Assembly: GCA_963823665.1 (NCBI GenBank)
Contig: CAWGMQ010000005.1
Coordinates: 800,001 to 864,000 of the forward strand
DNA: 64,000 nucleotides
From: an uncultured Planctomycetota bacterium
GTDB lineage: Bacteria; Planctomycetota; Planctomycetia; Isosphaerales; Isosphaeraceae
Direction: 5' to 3'
The notes under the pieces were generated by a model. It did not search any database. It was not told where the DNA came from and saw nothing but the letters and a program-made list of their open reading frames with translations. Positions 9,850 through 21,044 of this stretch are shown one piece after another. The first letter of the stretch is position 1, and each line of letters starts with the position of its first letter. Made by a program: the position numbers and the translations under genes.

Positions 9850-12192
9850 TTATGGGCCGTCGGTATGGACCAGGAGATATCGTCCGTCGGGCGAGAATGT
9901 AAATGGGCCGTAAGGGAACGCCGCGAAACCACCGAGTTCCTCGTCCGGCCCCTTGGCCGCCACCGGCTTCGCGCGACGCGACTCCTTCAGCTCGACCGAA
10001 TAGAGCGTTCGCTTGTTGTCGTCGACGCCGCTGAAATAGCAGCGACGCTCTTCAGCAAAGTAAACCGGCCAGCCCGGTGCGACGTCGAGCTCGCGGTCGC
10101 GCCGCCAGAGAACCTCGACGATCTTTGCCTCGCCCGCGTCGCTCACGTCGAGGATGGCAACGGTGTCCGCCTCGTCCTTGCCGGCCGTGGCGAGCGCCGC
10201 CACCAGTCTGCCCGGGCCTGCCCAGCTCGGCCACGAGAAAACACGGTATCCCTGCAGCGAGAGCGGCGCCTCGGTCATTTTCTCGACGTTCATCATGGTG
10301 GACGCAGGAAAATCTTCGAAGCCGTTCACCAGCAACTGGCGCCCGTCGGGTGACCAGGACGGGTTCCCAAATTCCCCCGCACGGCGTCGTTGCGAGCCGT
10401 CGGCCTCCATCACCCACATGCCTGCCTCCACCCCTTCTGCCGTTCCGGGATTAATCATGAACGCGATCTTCTTGTCGTCCGACGAGAAGGTTGGGCAATT
10501 GCCCGGGCCGAGGTCCGTGAACACAGGGCGCCCGTCGCGAATATCCACAGACAAGACATGCGCGTTGCGCCAGTTGGTTCCCGGCGACGCATCGAACACA
10601 ATCCGTGTGCCGTCGTGCGACCAATCAGGTGATCCACACCACGTCAGCCCCGGCAGGGGTTCATCCGCAACCAAGGTCTTCCCGCCTGCGACCAGATCCA
10701 CCATATACAACTGATTTCGGTCCCCGAGCGCTGGACCCCGCCGGGGCTGCTGACGCTTGAGCACATCAGCGAGCCGGTTGACAGCCAGGCCTCGTTGCTC
10801 CTTGAGCGCCAAGGCGGACTGGGTGGCTGCGTCCGGTCCCGTCGCCGAAACCGCCCGCGGGGCGGCTCTGAGCGCCTTGAGCTCATCCCGTATGTTCGCG
10901 ACCTTCCTCTGCACGGGCTGATAGGCCGGCCACGCGTAGATGCGTGCGACTGTGCGCACGATTTCCTGCGCCAGCACCCCACCCTGGTCGCCGTTGGCCA
11001 TCACCACAGCGCCGTTACCCCCGCGACCAAACGCGACGAACCTGCACTTGAAGCCCTGGTTGCTCCCGCCGTGCGCGAACGTGAGTGAGTCGCCCGAGCC
11101 CTGGATTTCAAACCCCAGTCCATATCCATCAGCCACCGGGGTGATCATGACTCGCACCGACTCGGCCGAGAGGACACGGTTTGGCTCCCCTCGCAGCGCG
11201 TTTTGCAGCTCGATCGCGAAACGGGCCAGGTCTGACGGCGTCGTCCAGAGCCCGGCCGCGGCCATCTCCGGGTAGGTGTGCCACCGGCCGGGGATCGGAT
11301 TGCCGTCGGATCCGTGGCCAGTAGCCGCCAGCTTTCGTCGGCCCTCCGGAAGCGGCTGTTCATAACTGCTCGCGTTCATCCCGATCTTGGCCAGCACGAG
11401 GTCGCGCATCGCGGCCGGGAACTCGCGGCCGGTCACGTCCTGGACAAGCTGCTGCAGCACCGTGTAACCGCCGCCCGAATAGCGATGGACGCTGCCCGGG
11501 AGGATGTCCACCCGGATCGGGGCCGAGTTCGCCGGCTTTTCTCCGTTGAGGATCTGGATCAACGTCGGCCTCGGCTCCCCGGCCGCGTATCCGCGGAAAC
11601 CGTGGACGGTCACGCCGGCGGTGTGCGAAAGCAGACGGCGCACCGTCACGCGAGACTCCGCCGTGAACTCGTTGTCGGGAACTTTCCAGGAACGGAGCTT
11701 GACGTTTGCTTCCTCGTCGAGAAAGAACTTGCCGGCCTCGGCCAGTGCCATGACGCCCACGGCGCAGACCGGCTTGCTGATCGAGGCGGCCTGAAACAAC
11801 GTCTCGGGCGTCACCGGATCGGGGCACCCCGCCTCACGCAATCCGTACCCCTTGGCCCACGCGATTCGTCCCTTGTCGATCACCGCGACGCTCACACCAG
11901 GCACCTTGAGCTCGGCCATGCGCTCCTTCAGTGTCTTCGCGTCGATCGGCTCTCCTTCAAACACCATGGGCGGAATGAGTCCCGCTTCGAAGGCCCGGAT
12001 CTTTCCCGAGACATCGTCGCTTGACGCGGGCGCCGCGGGCGATGCCTCCCGACGCGCTGCCGGCAGCGTTCCCGCCGCCGCGGCCGATTCCTGCGCTTCG
12101 GGCAGCGCGGTCGAGGGCGGTGCGGTCTGGGCCTGTGCACGCCACCCGGAAGCGGCCAGGCAAACGAGAATCGTGCAAGTCATGGATCTCAT
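9850..12192 (-). CDS. Secreted serine hydrolase (beta-lactamase/AmpC fold) fused to a TolB-like beta-propeller
   Basis: signal peptide; ASISK (SxxK), LLSHTAG, YSG, HGG; C-terminal PDWSHDG/PTFSSDD/PSWSPDG/FSPDG repeats. Confidence 0.8.
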   Translation of the reverse strand: MRSMTCTILVCLAASGWRAQAQTAPPSTALPEAQESAAAAGTLPAARREASPAAPASSDDVSGKIRAFEAGLIPPMVFEGEPIDAKTLKERMAELKVPGVSVAVIDKGRIAWAKGYGLREAGCPDPVTPETLFQAASISKPVCAVGVMALAEAGKFFLDEEANVKLRSWKVPDNEFTAESRVTVRRLLSHTAGVTVHGFRGYAAGEPRPTLIQILNGEKPANSAPIRVDILPGSVHRYSGGGYTVLQQLVQDVTGREFPAAMRDLVLAKIGMNASSYEQPLPEGRRKLAATGHGSDGNPIPGRWHTYPEMAAAGLWTTPSDLARFAIELQNALRGEPNRVLSAESVRVMITPVADGYGLGFEIQGSGDSLTFAHGGSNQGFKCRFVAFGRGGNGAVVMANGDQGGVLAQEIVRTVARIYAWPAYQPVQRKVANIRDELKALRAAPRAVSATGPDAATQSALALKEQRGLAVNRLADVLKRQQPRRGPALGDRNQLYMVDLVAGGKTLVADEPLPGLTWCGSPDWSHDGTRIVFDASPGTNWRNAHVLSVDIRDGRPVFTDLGPGNCPTFSSDDKKIAFMINPGTAEGVEAGMWVMEADGSQRRRAGEFGNPSWSPDGRQLLVNGFEDFPASTMMNVEKMTEAPLSLQGYRVFSWPSWAGPGRLVAALATAGKDEADTVAILDVSDAGEAKIVEVLWRRDRELDVAPGWPVYFAEERRCYFSGVDDNKRTLYSVELKESRRAKPVAAKGPDEELGGFAAFPYGPFTFSPDGRYLLVHTDGP

Positions 12193-12440
12193 CGCCGCAA
12201 TCCGGTCCTTTCGGATAAGTGTTCACTGGTTGAAGCCCCGGGAAAACCAGGGTTTCCGTTGATCACCGACGTTTGTAACAGACATGTCTTACAAATGTCA
12301 ATGGCACTGCTGCGCTCGTACTGCCGAGTTCCGATCTGTGAACGCGTGAGCGCTCGGCTATCACTGGCGCGACAACGTTGCTGCTCGGGTGCAAGAACGG
12401 AACGGAACGGCATTACATTCACGGCTCGAACCCGCCGCTG

Positions 12441-12525
12441 GTCGCTCGCGGCGCTTTATCCGTCGGGCGTTGACGAAAAACGCTGGGGCGACGGCGTGCT
12501 CGCACGAAAGAAGAGCCTTGGGTAA
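12441..12525 (+). pseudogene. Second DUF1156 3'-end remnant
   Basis: SLAALYPSGVDEKRWGDGVLARKKSLG matches the end of the 5307-6527 gene. Confidence 0.75.
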
Positions 12526-12547
12526 TAATTAAAGTCGGAGGTGACCC

Positions 12548-12814
12548 ATGAAAGCGATCACGATTGAAGTTCCGGATAACCTGAGCGTCGCCGTCGCCGA
12601 GTCGGATGATGACTTGCCTCGTGCGATTCGCCTCGCCGCGGCGATCCAGTGGTACAGCCAAGGGCTCATTTCCCAGGGCAAAGGCGCCGAGCTCGCCGGA
12701 CTGACACGCGCCGGCTTTCTGGAAGCACTGTTTCATGGGAAGGTGCCAGCCTGCCAGGTGACGCCAGAGGAGCTCGCGGAGGAGCTGCGCCTTGCCTCGA
12801 AAGCGGATCGTTGA
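12548..12814 (+). CDS. UPF0175-family antitoxin-like protein (paralog of 6547-6834)
   Basis: IRLAAAIQWYSQGLISQGKGAELAGLTR; clear similarity to the first copy. Confidence 0.8.
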   Translation: MKAITIEVPDNLSVAVAESDDDLPRAIRLAAAIQWYSQGLISQGKGAELAGLTRAGFLEALFHGKVPACQVTPEELAEELRLASKADR

Positions 12815-13275
12815 CGCCTCACCCCTGATACTTTTGAGCAAACTGAACCTCCTGGACCTTCTCCAAGTTGAGGCCCATGAGGCGATCGTTCCCGATCGCG
12901 TGATCAGTGAGATTCGAGCCTATGGCGCGACCGACTTGACAGTTCAGGCGATTGAGAAGGCGGTGTGGCTTCGCATCGTCCCCACGCCGAGAATGCCCGC
13001 AGCGATCACATCTTGGGATCTCGGTGACGGGGAATCGTCAGTGTTGGCTCGCCCTTGCAGAATCGGGTGTTGAGGTCGTGCTCGATGATCTGCCGGACCG
13101 TCGCCGGGCGGCGGAATTGGGCCTCACGATTCGAGGCACCATCGGGATCGTCGTGCTAGCCCGGCAGAAGAACGTAATTCCCGCAGCACGACCCGTGTTC
13201 GACGAACTTCGCCGATGCGGCATGTACCTCAGAGAGGAATTCGCGAAACGGATGCCGGCTCAAGTCGGAGAATAA
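12792..13275 (+). CDS. DUF3368 PIN-domain toxin (frameshift ~13050)
   Basis: IVDASPLI, LGDGESSVL, then in the next frame VVLDD...GTIGIV..A. Confidence 0.8.
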
Positions 13276-13280
13276 CGCCC

Positions 13281-13445
13281 GCGCCCAAACTACGCCTCTC
13301 GTACCAGGTCGTCACGCCGCGGGAAGGCCTCCGTGAAAACCGTCCGCTCGACGCTTCCGAGTTCGCGGTCAACCGCGCCCAAAGCGCCAGCAACGGGGCG
13401 ATCGTCGCGAAAGACGATCTCGAGCCCGCCCGTTTCTTCGAGTCA
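13281..13445 (+). pseudogene. DUF499 ATPase N-terminal remnant
   Basis: PKLRLSYQVVTPREGLRENRPLDASEFAV...PARFFE resembles the DUF499 start (W-x-x-VV-x-PR-x-DL...SEFA); no start codon. Confidence 0.6.
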
Positions 13446-13711
13446 GATGCACGCGATCAAGACAACTGATTGCAGCAGCTCCAGCCAACGGCGATATGCT
13501 GTGACACACACCCCTTCCGATTGCCGGCGGGATGTGATAAGCGCTTTGATATTCGACGTGATGATTTACCTTTCCGTCTCCCTTCGGGTATTGGTAGCTC
13601 AAGACTCGCCGCGAATAACGGCTTCTCCCAGGTGGCGGAGTCGCCGCCGCAGACCGCGATGGCGATGTCATTCGCCAGCGCCTGACCGAACACACCCGGA
13701 GCTCACCCCCA

Positions 13712-15261
13712 ATGCGCGTCGCGCTCGTCAACGCCCCCCTCGAGTCCGCCGTCTGCGACTACGGTGTGGGCCACCAGATGCCCCTGGGCTTGTTGATGAT
13801 CGGCGGCGCCCTGCGAAGTCGCTGTGACGTCACACTCATCGACGCCGCGCGAAATCATCTCTCCGACGCAGAGATCGCCCGCCGCGTGAAAGACTCGGAC
13901 GCCCAGATCGCGATGATCGCCCACGTCGGCTCAACCCAGGCCCATCCTTGCTGCGTGCGCACGCTCGCCGCGCTCAAGGCGACGAGACCCGACCTCATCA
14001 CGGTCTACGGCGGCGTCTATCCGACTTACCACGCCAAGGCGATCCTTGCCCAGCACCCCGAGGTCGATGTGATCGTTCTGGGCGAAGGGGAAGCCACCGC
14101 AGCCGAACTGGCCGATGCGCTCGTCCGGCAGGCATCGCCATCAGATGGCACAACGACGGCATCGGACCTCTCGGGCGTGCGCCGGCATCGCATGGCGGCG
14201 GCACGGCGAAATCATGGTCAACCCTCACCGCGCCGATTGCCGACCTCGATGCCCACCCGATCGCCTGGGAGCTGATCGAAGACTGGGATAGCTATCGCGC
14301 CTTCGGTCTGGGTCGCGCCGCGGTCGTGCAGTTCTCGCGCGGCTGCCCGCACACCTGCACTTATTGCGGCCAGTGGATGTTCTGGAAGAAGTGGCGCCAC
14401 CGCGACGTCACGAAGTTCGTCGACGAGATCGAATGGCTCAGGCGCGAGCACGATGTCCGCTTCTTCTGGATCGCCGACGAAAACCCGACAACTCTCAAGG
14501 ACGTCTGGCGCGATGTCCTCGCGGAAATCGCCCGCCGTAACCTCGGTATCGCCATGTGCGCCTCGATCCGCGCGCAGGATATTGTCCGCGATGAAGATAT
14601 CCTGCCCGTGTACCGGCAGGCGGGCTTTCTCTACGTGTTGATGGGGGTGGAATCGGTCACCGACGACACCCTCGTGAAGATCCGCAAGGGCTCAAGTGTC
14701 GATGATGCCTACCATGCCGTTCGTCTCTTGCGCCAGAACGGTATTCTCTCCATCGTCGACTATATCTTCGGTCTCGAGGAGGAGACGCCGCGCACGATCT
14801 GGCGGGGATTACGCGGGCTGCTGCACTACGACGGTGACTTCGTCAACGCACTGTACGTGACCCCGCACTCCTGGACGCCGCTGGGCCGCGAGATGAAGGA
14901 CTTCGCGATCGTCGAGCCCGACCTCTGGCGCTGGGACTACCGCCATCAGGTCGTCGCTGTGAAGCAGCTCACACCCGCGCAGCTTCTGCTGGGCGTGAAA
15001 CTCGTCGAGCTGATCTATCATCTGCACCCTCGACGCATCTGGCAGATCATCGCAGCGCCCGATCGCCGCGTTCGGCGGCAGTTGCGACACTGCGCCGGCC
15101 ACGTCGCGGCGGTCTACTGGTACGAGATCTACGAGGCCCTCTCGCGCCGCCTTCAAAGCGCCCTCCGCCGTCGTAAGACACTGCATTCAGCGCTCGGTGG
15201 AACACAGACGCTTCACCCGGCCCCGCCGAGCCGGTATGCTGAATCGGCCCCGGGAGCGTGA
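13712..15261 (+). CDS. B12-binding radical SAM protein, BchE-like (frameshift ~14180-14200)
   Basis: MPLGLL, VYGGVYPT, GEGE (cobalamin-binding domain); SRGCPHTCTYC (CxxxCxxC), ADEN, MGVES. Confidence 0.85.
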
Positions 15262-15288
15262 CGCTGGACCTTGCCAAGGAAACTTCCC

Positions 15289-16924
15289 ATGTCGAGACCT
15301 CGTCGATCGGTTGCCGTACTGACTCTGGCTGTTCTGTTTGGATGGGGCTCGATCGCGCTCGCCTGCACGAGCATCGTGGTGAGCCGCGGAGCGTCCAAGG
15401 ACGGCTCCGTGATGATCAGCTATTCGGCGGATGCCCCGTTCATGCCGAGGCTGCTCTACGTGCCCGGCGGAAAACACCAGGCCGGCGAGCTGATTCAGGT
15501 CCGAGCGTGGGAGAACGATCGGCTCTGCGGACCGGTGAAACAGGTGGCCCAGACGTATTCGGTCGTCGGGCTGATGAATGAGCATCAGCTTTCCCTCGGC
15601 GAGACGACGACGGGCGGTCGCCGCGAGCTGCGTGATCCCAAGGGGATGCTCGACTACGATGCTCTCATGCTGCTCACGCTCCAGCGCGCCAGAACCGCGC
15701 GAGGCGATCAAGATGGTCGACGAGCTCGCCCGCGAGTACGGTTATCAATCGTCGGGCGAGACATTCTCGATCGCCGACCCGAACGAAGCCTGGATCATGG
15801 AGTTAATCGGCAAGGGGCCTGGCCAGAAAGGAATCGTCTGGGTCGCCGCTCGCGTGCCCGATGGGATGATCACCGCCCATGCGAATCTGAGCCGGATCAC
15901 CACGTTCCCGCTCAACGATTCCGAGAACTGGCTCTATTCCCCCGATGTCATCTCTTTCGCGATCGAGAAGAAATTCTACTCCACGGATTCCCAGAAGCCG
16001 TTCAGTTACCGCGATGCCTATCATCCCGGCATCGGCGCTTCGCAGAAGCGCTCGTGTGCCGGCCGCGTCTGGAGCATCTACCGCCGTTCCGCTCAATCGC
16101 AGCAGTTTTCCGACGCGTTCTTCCGTGGCAAAGAAGGGGTGGAAGACTACCCGCTCTTCATCAAGCCCGATGCGCCCCTCGGTGCTGCCGATGTGATGGC
16201 CTTGATGCGTGATCACTTTGAAGGCACGCCCTACGACATGACCAAGGGGCTCGACGCCGGACCGTTCGGCACCCCGTACCGCTACCGCGACCTTTCTTTC
16301 AAGGTGGATGGCGCGAGCTTTATGTGGGAGCGGCCGATTTCGACACAGCAAGCCGGTTTCGTCACCGTGAGCCAGAGCCGCAAGGGAATGCCCGACGCCG
16401 TCGGAGGCGTCACCTGGTTCACCCCAGACGACGCTTCCACCTCGTGCTTCACCCCATTCTACTGCGGAATCACCGCCTTGCCGGGCCCGTACGTGAAGGG
16501 CGACTACAACAAATTCGAGTGGGACTCGGCGTGGTGGGTGTGGAACCTTGTCTCGAACCTCTGCTACGACCGCTGGTCGCGGATCGCTCCCGATATGCAA
16601 GCCGCCCAGTCCCGGCGCGAGGCTGACCTGTTCAAGATGCAGCCCGTGATCGAGGAAGCCGCCGTGAAGCTGGGATCAACCGATCCGGACCTGATGCGCG
16701 AGTTCCTGACGAATTATTCGGTATCAACCGGCGAAGCCGTCTTCCGCAACTGGCAGGGGCTGGCCGGTTCAATCCTGGTCAAGCATGTGGACGGCTATGT
16801 GAAAGGCCCGCAGGGAGGACGAGCCAGGGCAGTCGGCTATGCTCCCGAATGGCTCAAACGAGTCGTCGCCGACCGGCCTGAACAATTCAAGGTCGAGATC
16901 GAGGCGATCCGGAACGACCACTGA
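15289..16924 (+). CDS. C69-family dipeptidase (frameshift ~15700)
   Basis: signal peptide then ACTSIVV (N-terminal nucleophile Cys), [41 protein letters not shown]. Confidence 0.85.
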
Positions 16925-16958
16925 GAAATCATCGCGTATCCGTTACCCAGTGGTTCCG

Positions 16959-17678
16959 ATGCCCTACGTGAACGCCAATGTGTACCCGTGGCCGTTTCGC
17001 GGCGATCTTCGTCCCTTGAACACTGCGCTCATTGTGGTCGACATGCAGACCGACTTCTGCGGATATGGCGGATACGTCGACCGCATGGGCTACGACGTGG
17101 AAATGATGCGGAGGCCGATCGAGCCGATCGCGGCTCTGCTCGAGTCGATGCGGGCGAACGGCTACCACATCCTCTACACGCGCGAGGGACACCGGCCTGA
17201 CCTGTCCGATCTCCCCGACAACAAACGCTGGCGATCCCAGCGAATCGGCGCTGGCATCGGTGATGCTGGGCCGTGCGGTCGCATCCTCGTACGCGGAGAG
17301 CCGGGCTGGGAAATCATCCCCGAGCTAGCCCCCCTTCCGTCTGAGGCGATTATCGATAAGCCCGGCAAGGGGGGCTTCTATTCCACCGACCTCGAGCTCA
17401 TCCTTCGTCATCGGGGAATTGAGAATCTGATCGTGTGCGGCATCACGACCGATGTGTGCGTGCACACGACGCTGCGAGAGGCAAACGATCGGGGATTCGA
17501 GTGCCTGCTTCTCGATGATTGTTGCGCGGCGACCGATGAGGGCAACCACCTTGCGGCGCTGAAGATGGTCACGATGCAGGGCGGGGTCTTCGGCGCCGTC
17601 TCGTCCTCCGGCGCGCTCATTGAAGCGCTCGGTAGCGTCCCACGTAACTCCAATATTCCCAATGACTTGACGCCGTAA
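16959..17678 (+). CDS. biuH: Biuret amidohydrolase (isochorismatase-like cysteine hydrolase)
   Basis: YPWPF-x-[45 protein letters not shown]. Confidence 0.8.
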   Translation: MPYVNANVYPWPFRGDLRPLNTALIVVDMQTDFCGYGGYVDRMGYDVEMMRRPIEPIAALLESMRANGYHILYTREGHRPDLSDLPDNKRWRSQRIGAGIGDAGPCGRILVRGEPGWEIIPELAPLPSEAIIDKPGKGGFYSTDLELILRHRGIENLIVCGITTDVCVHTTLREANDRGFECLLLDDCCAATDEGNHLAALKMVTMQGGVFGAVSSSGALIEALGSVPRNSNIPNDLTP

Positions 17679-17990
17679 CGAATGCGCGTCGAGGCTCGTT
17701 CCGACCTGCGCCAAAGCGGGTTTGCAGCCGGAGGAACCGGCAAACGTCGCCCTTCTCAGTGTCGACCTTCCTCGTTGGCCCCGGCTCTCCGATCTGCTCT
17801 TGCCGGATTTGTGTCGATCCGTTAAATCCTCACGACATCCAACTCTCAGTTCCGTATCCATCGATCCCGCGAACGCGCCGGGGTTCCGATAGTCGCCTTT
17901 CGCTCCGCGAAAGTGCACCTCATCGATCCCGCGGGCGCGGGGGTTCCTACGAGCGCGGAAGCACCTCACGCTCGAGTCAGGGGTCGTCCG

Positions 17991-19193
17991 ATGCCGAGCG
18001 ATCGCCAGCGGTGGCGAGCCGTTCTTCTCACGACAGGGATTGTCTGCGCGACGACTTCCGCGGGCTGCTTCACATTCCCGTTCGCCCGGCGTACCGCTGA
18101 CCCGGCTCCGGAGCCCTCGACTTCCTCGAGCACGAATGCAGACCACCTGAGTGTTGCACCAAACACAACGCTTCCAGGCCGGCTCGATTCCTCCGTCCGC
18201 AGTGCTTCTGTTCACGCCGCCGATATTCCGGCGTCGGCCTCGGTGGCGACGCCATTCCTGACCGCGCCCGGGGGCTCTTCGCCCACGCCGGCCGCCGAGT
18301 TTCCGCTCGAGTTACAGGCAGTTCCCGCCGGCTCAACCAGACAAGAAAAAGGTGCCCTCGGCGTGCCCGCGACGAGCGCTCCTCCTTCAAAAGCCGAACC
18401 GGCTCGCCCGCCCGCCACACCGCTACTTGATGCAGCCATCCAGCGAGTGGCCGATATCACCCGAGAGCAGCGCGACGCGATCGCGTCCGCTCCCGTCCCG
18501 GAACCGGTCGAGGACACGAAACGCCTGCAAGCGATAGCCTCGATACCCGAGCGACGAGTATCCGCCCAGAACACGAAAAAGCCCGATCAGCACCCCAGGA
18601 ATGACGATGTCATTCCGCTTCCGGAGCGAATTTCCCGAAGCCCTGAAGACGATCTTCCGCCCGCACAACCGCCGATGGGTGTGCCAAAACACCCCGCATC
18701 GCCTGCGGGACCGCCCAAGCCCGCCGAGACCAGGCCCGCCGAGACCAGGCCGGCCGAGACCAAGCCGGCCGAGGCGATCCCCAAGGTGCATGCCACGGAG
18801 CTTTCGATCGGTGATTTGCGATTTTGCCGCAACGTGCTTGGTTTCGGTTCGTTCGAGCCACTCGCGACCGATCGCGTCACGGCCGGCCAGCACTTGCTCG
18901 TCTACTGCGAGCTGGCCGGCGTTCAATACGAAGAGCGGGGCGATGACTACGTTTCGCGAATTTCATCGCGCGTCGAGATCAAGCCAGCGGACGGCGGGCC
19001 GGTGCTCTGGTCACGCGAGCTCGGAGATGCCCAGGATGTGTGCCGCCGGCGTCGACGCGACTATTACGTGAATTACCGCGTCGAGGTTCCGAAAACGCTC
19101 GCCCCCGGCTCGTACCGCCTGCGGCTGCTCCAGACCGACCTGGTCGCCGGCAGCGCGACATCGGGCGAGATCCCGTTCGAAATCACCCGTTGA
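17991..19193 (+). CDS. Hypothetical lipoprotein with Pro-rich linker
   Basis: lipobox-like SAGC after a hydrophobic stretch; PAETR/K repeats at ~18720-18775; globular C-terminus FCRNVLGFGSF. Confidence 0.6.
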   Translation: MPSDRQRWRAVLLTTGIVCATTSAGCFTFPFARRTADPAPEPSTSSSTNADHLSVAPNTTLPGRLDSSVRSASVHAADIPASASVATPFLTAPGGSSPTPAAEFPLELQAVPAGSTRQEKGALGVPATSAPPSKAEPARPPATPLLDAAIQRVADITREQRDAIASAPVPEPVEDTKRLQAIASIPERRVSAQNTKKPDQHPRNDDVIPLPERISRSPEDDLPPAQPPMGVPKHPASPAGPPKPAETRPAETRPAETKPAEAIPKVHATELSIGDLRFCRNVLGFGSFEPLATDRVTAGQHLLVYCELAGVQYEERGDDYVSRISSRVEIKPADGGPVLWSRELGDAQDVCRRRRRDYYVNYRVEVPKTLAPGSYRLRLLQTDLVAGSATSGEIPFEITR

Positions 19194-19445
19194 AAAGCAG
19201 GCCGCGGATCGTCCCCCGAACCACAACTGTCGCATTTCCCGCCCGCATACGTATAGGTTTCACAGAGTAAAAAGCCCTCGCGTTATCCGCGACGCGTTGC
19301 CAACCGCCTGGCAGAACCAGAAACCGGGCAAATGTTTGGATTTCATCCGGGTTTCTCCCCCGGCGCGTCTTGTCAAAGCAGGCAAGCTGCGAAACAATGG
19401 GCTAATCCGATCTCATCGATGCGAAATGAAGGCGAGGGTGAAATC

Positions 19446-21044
19446 ATGTCCACCAAGCTCCATTTCCCCCGTCTGGCCAGATTCGTCTTGCTCGGCGCGG
19501 CGGGTCTTGCTTCGGCCAGTTTCTCATTGTGGACCCCTTCGCCTTGGGCCGCGCCGTGTGCGGCTTCGACGCAAGACCCCTATGGCGGCGGCGGGCAGGA
19601 CGAGGGCGCGGTCATCCAGGTGCCCGGTGAAGATGAAATGCCCCTCCCCGCCAACCGGCGGCGACTGAAATCCGTCCGCAAAAAAGGGAGCGCCGCTGAT
19701 AAGACGAAGAAGGCCGATCCTGCGGCGAAAGGCAAGACTGCGTCCAAGAAGGGCGGAGCAGACGCATCGGGAAAACTGAAGTTCTCGCTGGACATCGCCC
19801 CGATTCTGGTCGCGAACTGCACAGGTTGCCACAGCGGCGAAGGCAATGGCGTGAAGCGGGGCAAGCTCGATCTTTCGACGTTCGCGAAGCTGCAGACGGG
19901 AACTCCCGACCACAAAGTCATCGAGCCCGGAAAACCCGAGGAGAGCACGCTCATCGGGCGCATCAAGGGCGAGATCGAGCCGCGCATGCCTCAAGGCGGG
20001 AACAACAACAAGCTCTCCGCCGCCGCGATCGCCAAGATCGAGCGCTGGGTCAAGGAAGGCGCCACGATCGACTCCGGCAGCGACCCCAAGAAGCCGATGG
20101 CCTCATATGCAGCCAGTGCCGACCAGGTCCGCCGCGCCGAGCTCGCCAATCTGCCGGCCGGTGAGGTTGACAAGAAGACGGAAGAGGTCGGATTGAGCCG
20201 TTTCAAGCAAGCGAACGCGAGCCTCAAGCCGGAGATCGTACGGTCCGAGCATTTCATGATGTTCAGCGACATGCCCAAGGAACGGGCCACGAACACGCTT
20301 CGATCGCTCGAAACACAGTTCAACCACTTGAAAAGGATCCTCGGTAACGCGGTCGGAGATTCGCCCGAGAAAATCAGCATCTACTCGTTTTCGAGCCGCA
20401 AGGACTACGTCGAATTCGTCCGCACGGTCGAGGCCCGCCCCGACGTCGAGGCCGAAGAAGCAACCACTGCTCGACTTTCCGTTCCTCAACCGTATGTGGC
20501 GGCCGTCGATCCCCAAGGGGGTAGGAAGGATGAACAGGGCGCGGCTGCACCCAAACGGAAGGCACGCAGCCGCCGCGCTGAGGAAAAGGGATCGGAGGGC
20601 GCCGCCGAACGCAATCTGCTGGGGCGGCTCACCGAGGCGCTGGGCTCCTCGGTGGTGATCTCCGCGGGCAATCCGCCCAAATGGCTCGCCTACGGAATCG
20701 GCACCTATCTGGCCTCGCAAGTCGAGCCGAACAGCATTTACTATCGCCAGCTTCGGCAAACAACCCTCGCCAACTTCCAGCAAGGCTGGCCAACCAGGGC
20801 GAATGAAGCCCTGGGTGGTTCTGACCAGCTCACTCCCGACGGGCTTCACTCGATCGCCTTCGGCCTGGTTGAATACTTGATGACGCCGGACTTGAAGCAG
20901 GCATTCCCCTCGTTCGTCAAAGGGATGCTTGGCGGCACGGAAAAGCTGGATGACACGCTGCAAAGCGTCTATCGCGTCAGCCGCGAAGAGTTCATCAATT
21001 ACACCGGCGAGTGGGTCGGCCAGCGCTATGGGAACCTGCAATGA
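19446..21044 (+). CDS. Planctomycete cytochrome c domain protein
   Basis: signal peptide; F-x-x-DIAPIL-x-x-NCTGCH, PGKPEES-x-L, MP, I-x-x-WV-x-x-GA. Confidence 0.8.
   Translation: MSTKLHFPRLARFVLLGAAGLASASFSLWTPSPWAAPCAASTQDPYGGGGQDEGAVIQVPGEDEMPLPANRRRLKSVRKKGSAADKTKKADPAAKGKTASKKGGADASGKLKFSLDIAPILVANCTGCHSGEGNGVKRGKLDLSTFAKLQTGTPDHKVIEPGKPEESTLIGRIKGEIEPRMPQGGNNNKLSAAAIAKIERWVKEGATIDSGSDPKKPMASYAASADQVRRAELANLPAGEVDKKTEEVGLSRFKQANASLKPEIVRSEHFMMFSDMPKERATNTLRSLETQFNHLKRILGNAVGDSPEKISIYSFSSRKDYVEFVRTVEARPDVEAEEATTARLSVPQPYVAAVDPQGGRKDEQGAAAPKRKARSRRAEEKGSEGAAERNLLGRLTEALGSSVVISAGNPPKWLAYGIGTYLASQVEPNSIYYRQLRQTTLANFQQGWPTRANEALGGSDQLTPDGLHSIAFGLVEYLMTPDLKQAFPSFVKGMLGGTEKLDDTLQSVYRVSREEFINYTGEWVGQRYGNLQ

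Noticed and set aside
13490..13700. Cobalamin or SAM riboswitch upstream of the rSAM gene
   Set aside because: I could not find B12-box or SAM-I core motifs by eye; an Infernal search would settle it.
13712..15261. bchE / photosynthesis gene
   Set aside because: Family resemblance only; no other bch/puf genes in the window, so no symbol assigned.
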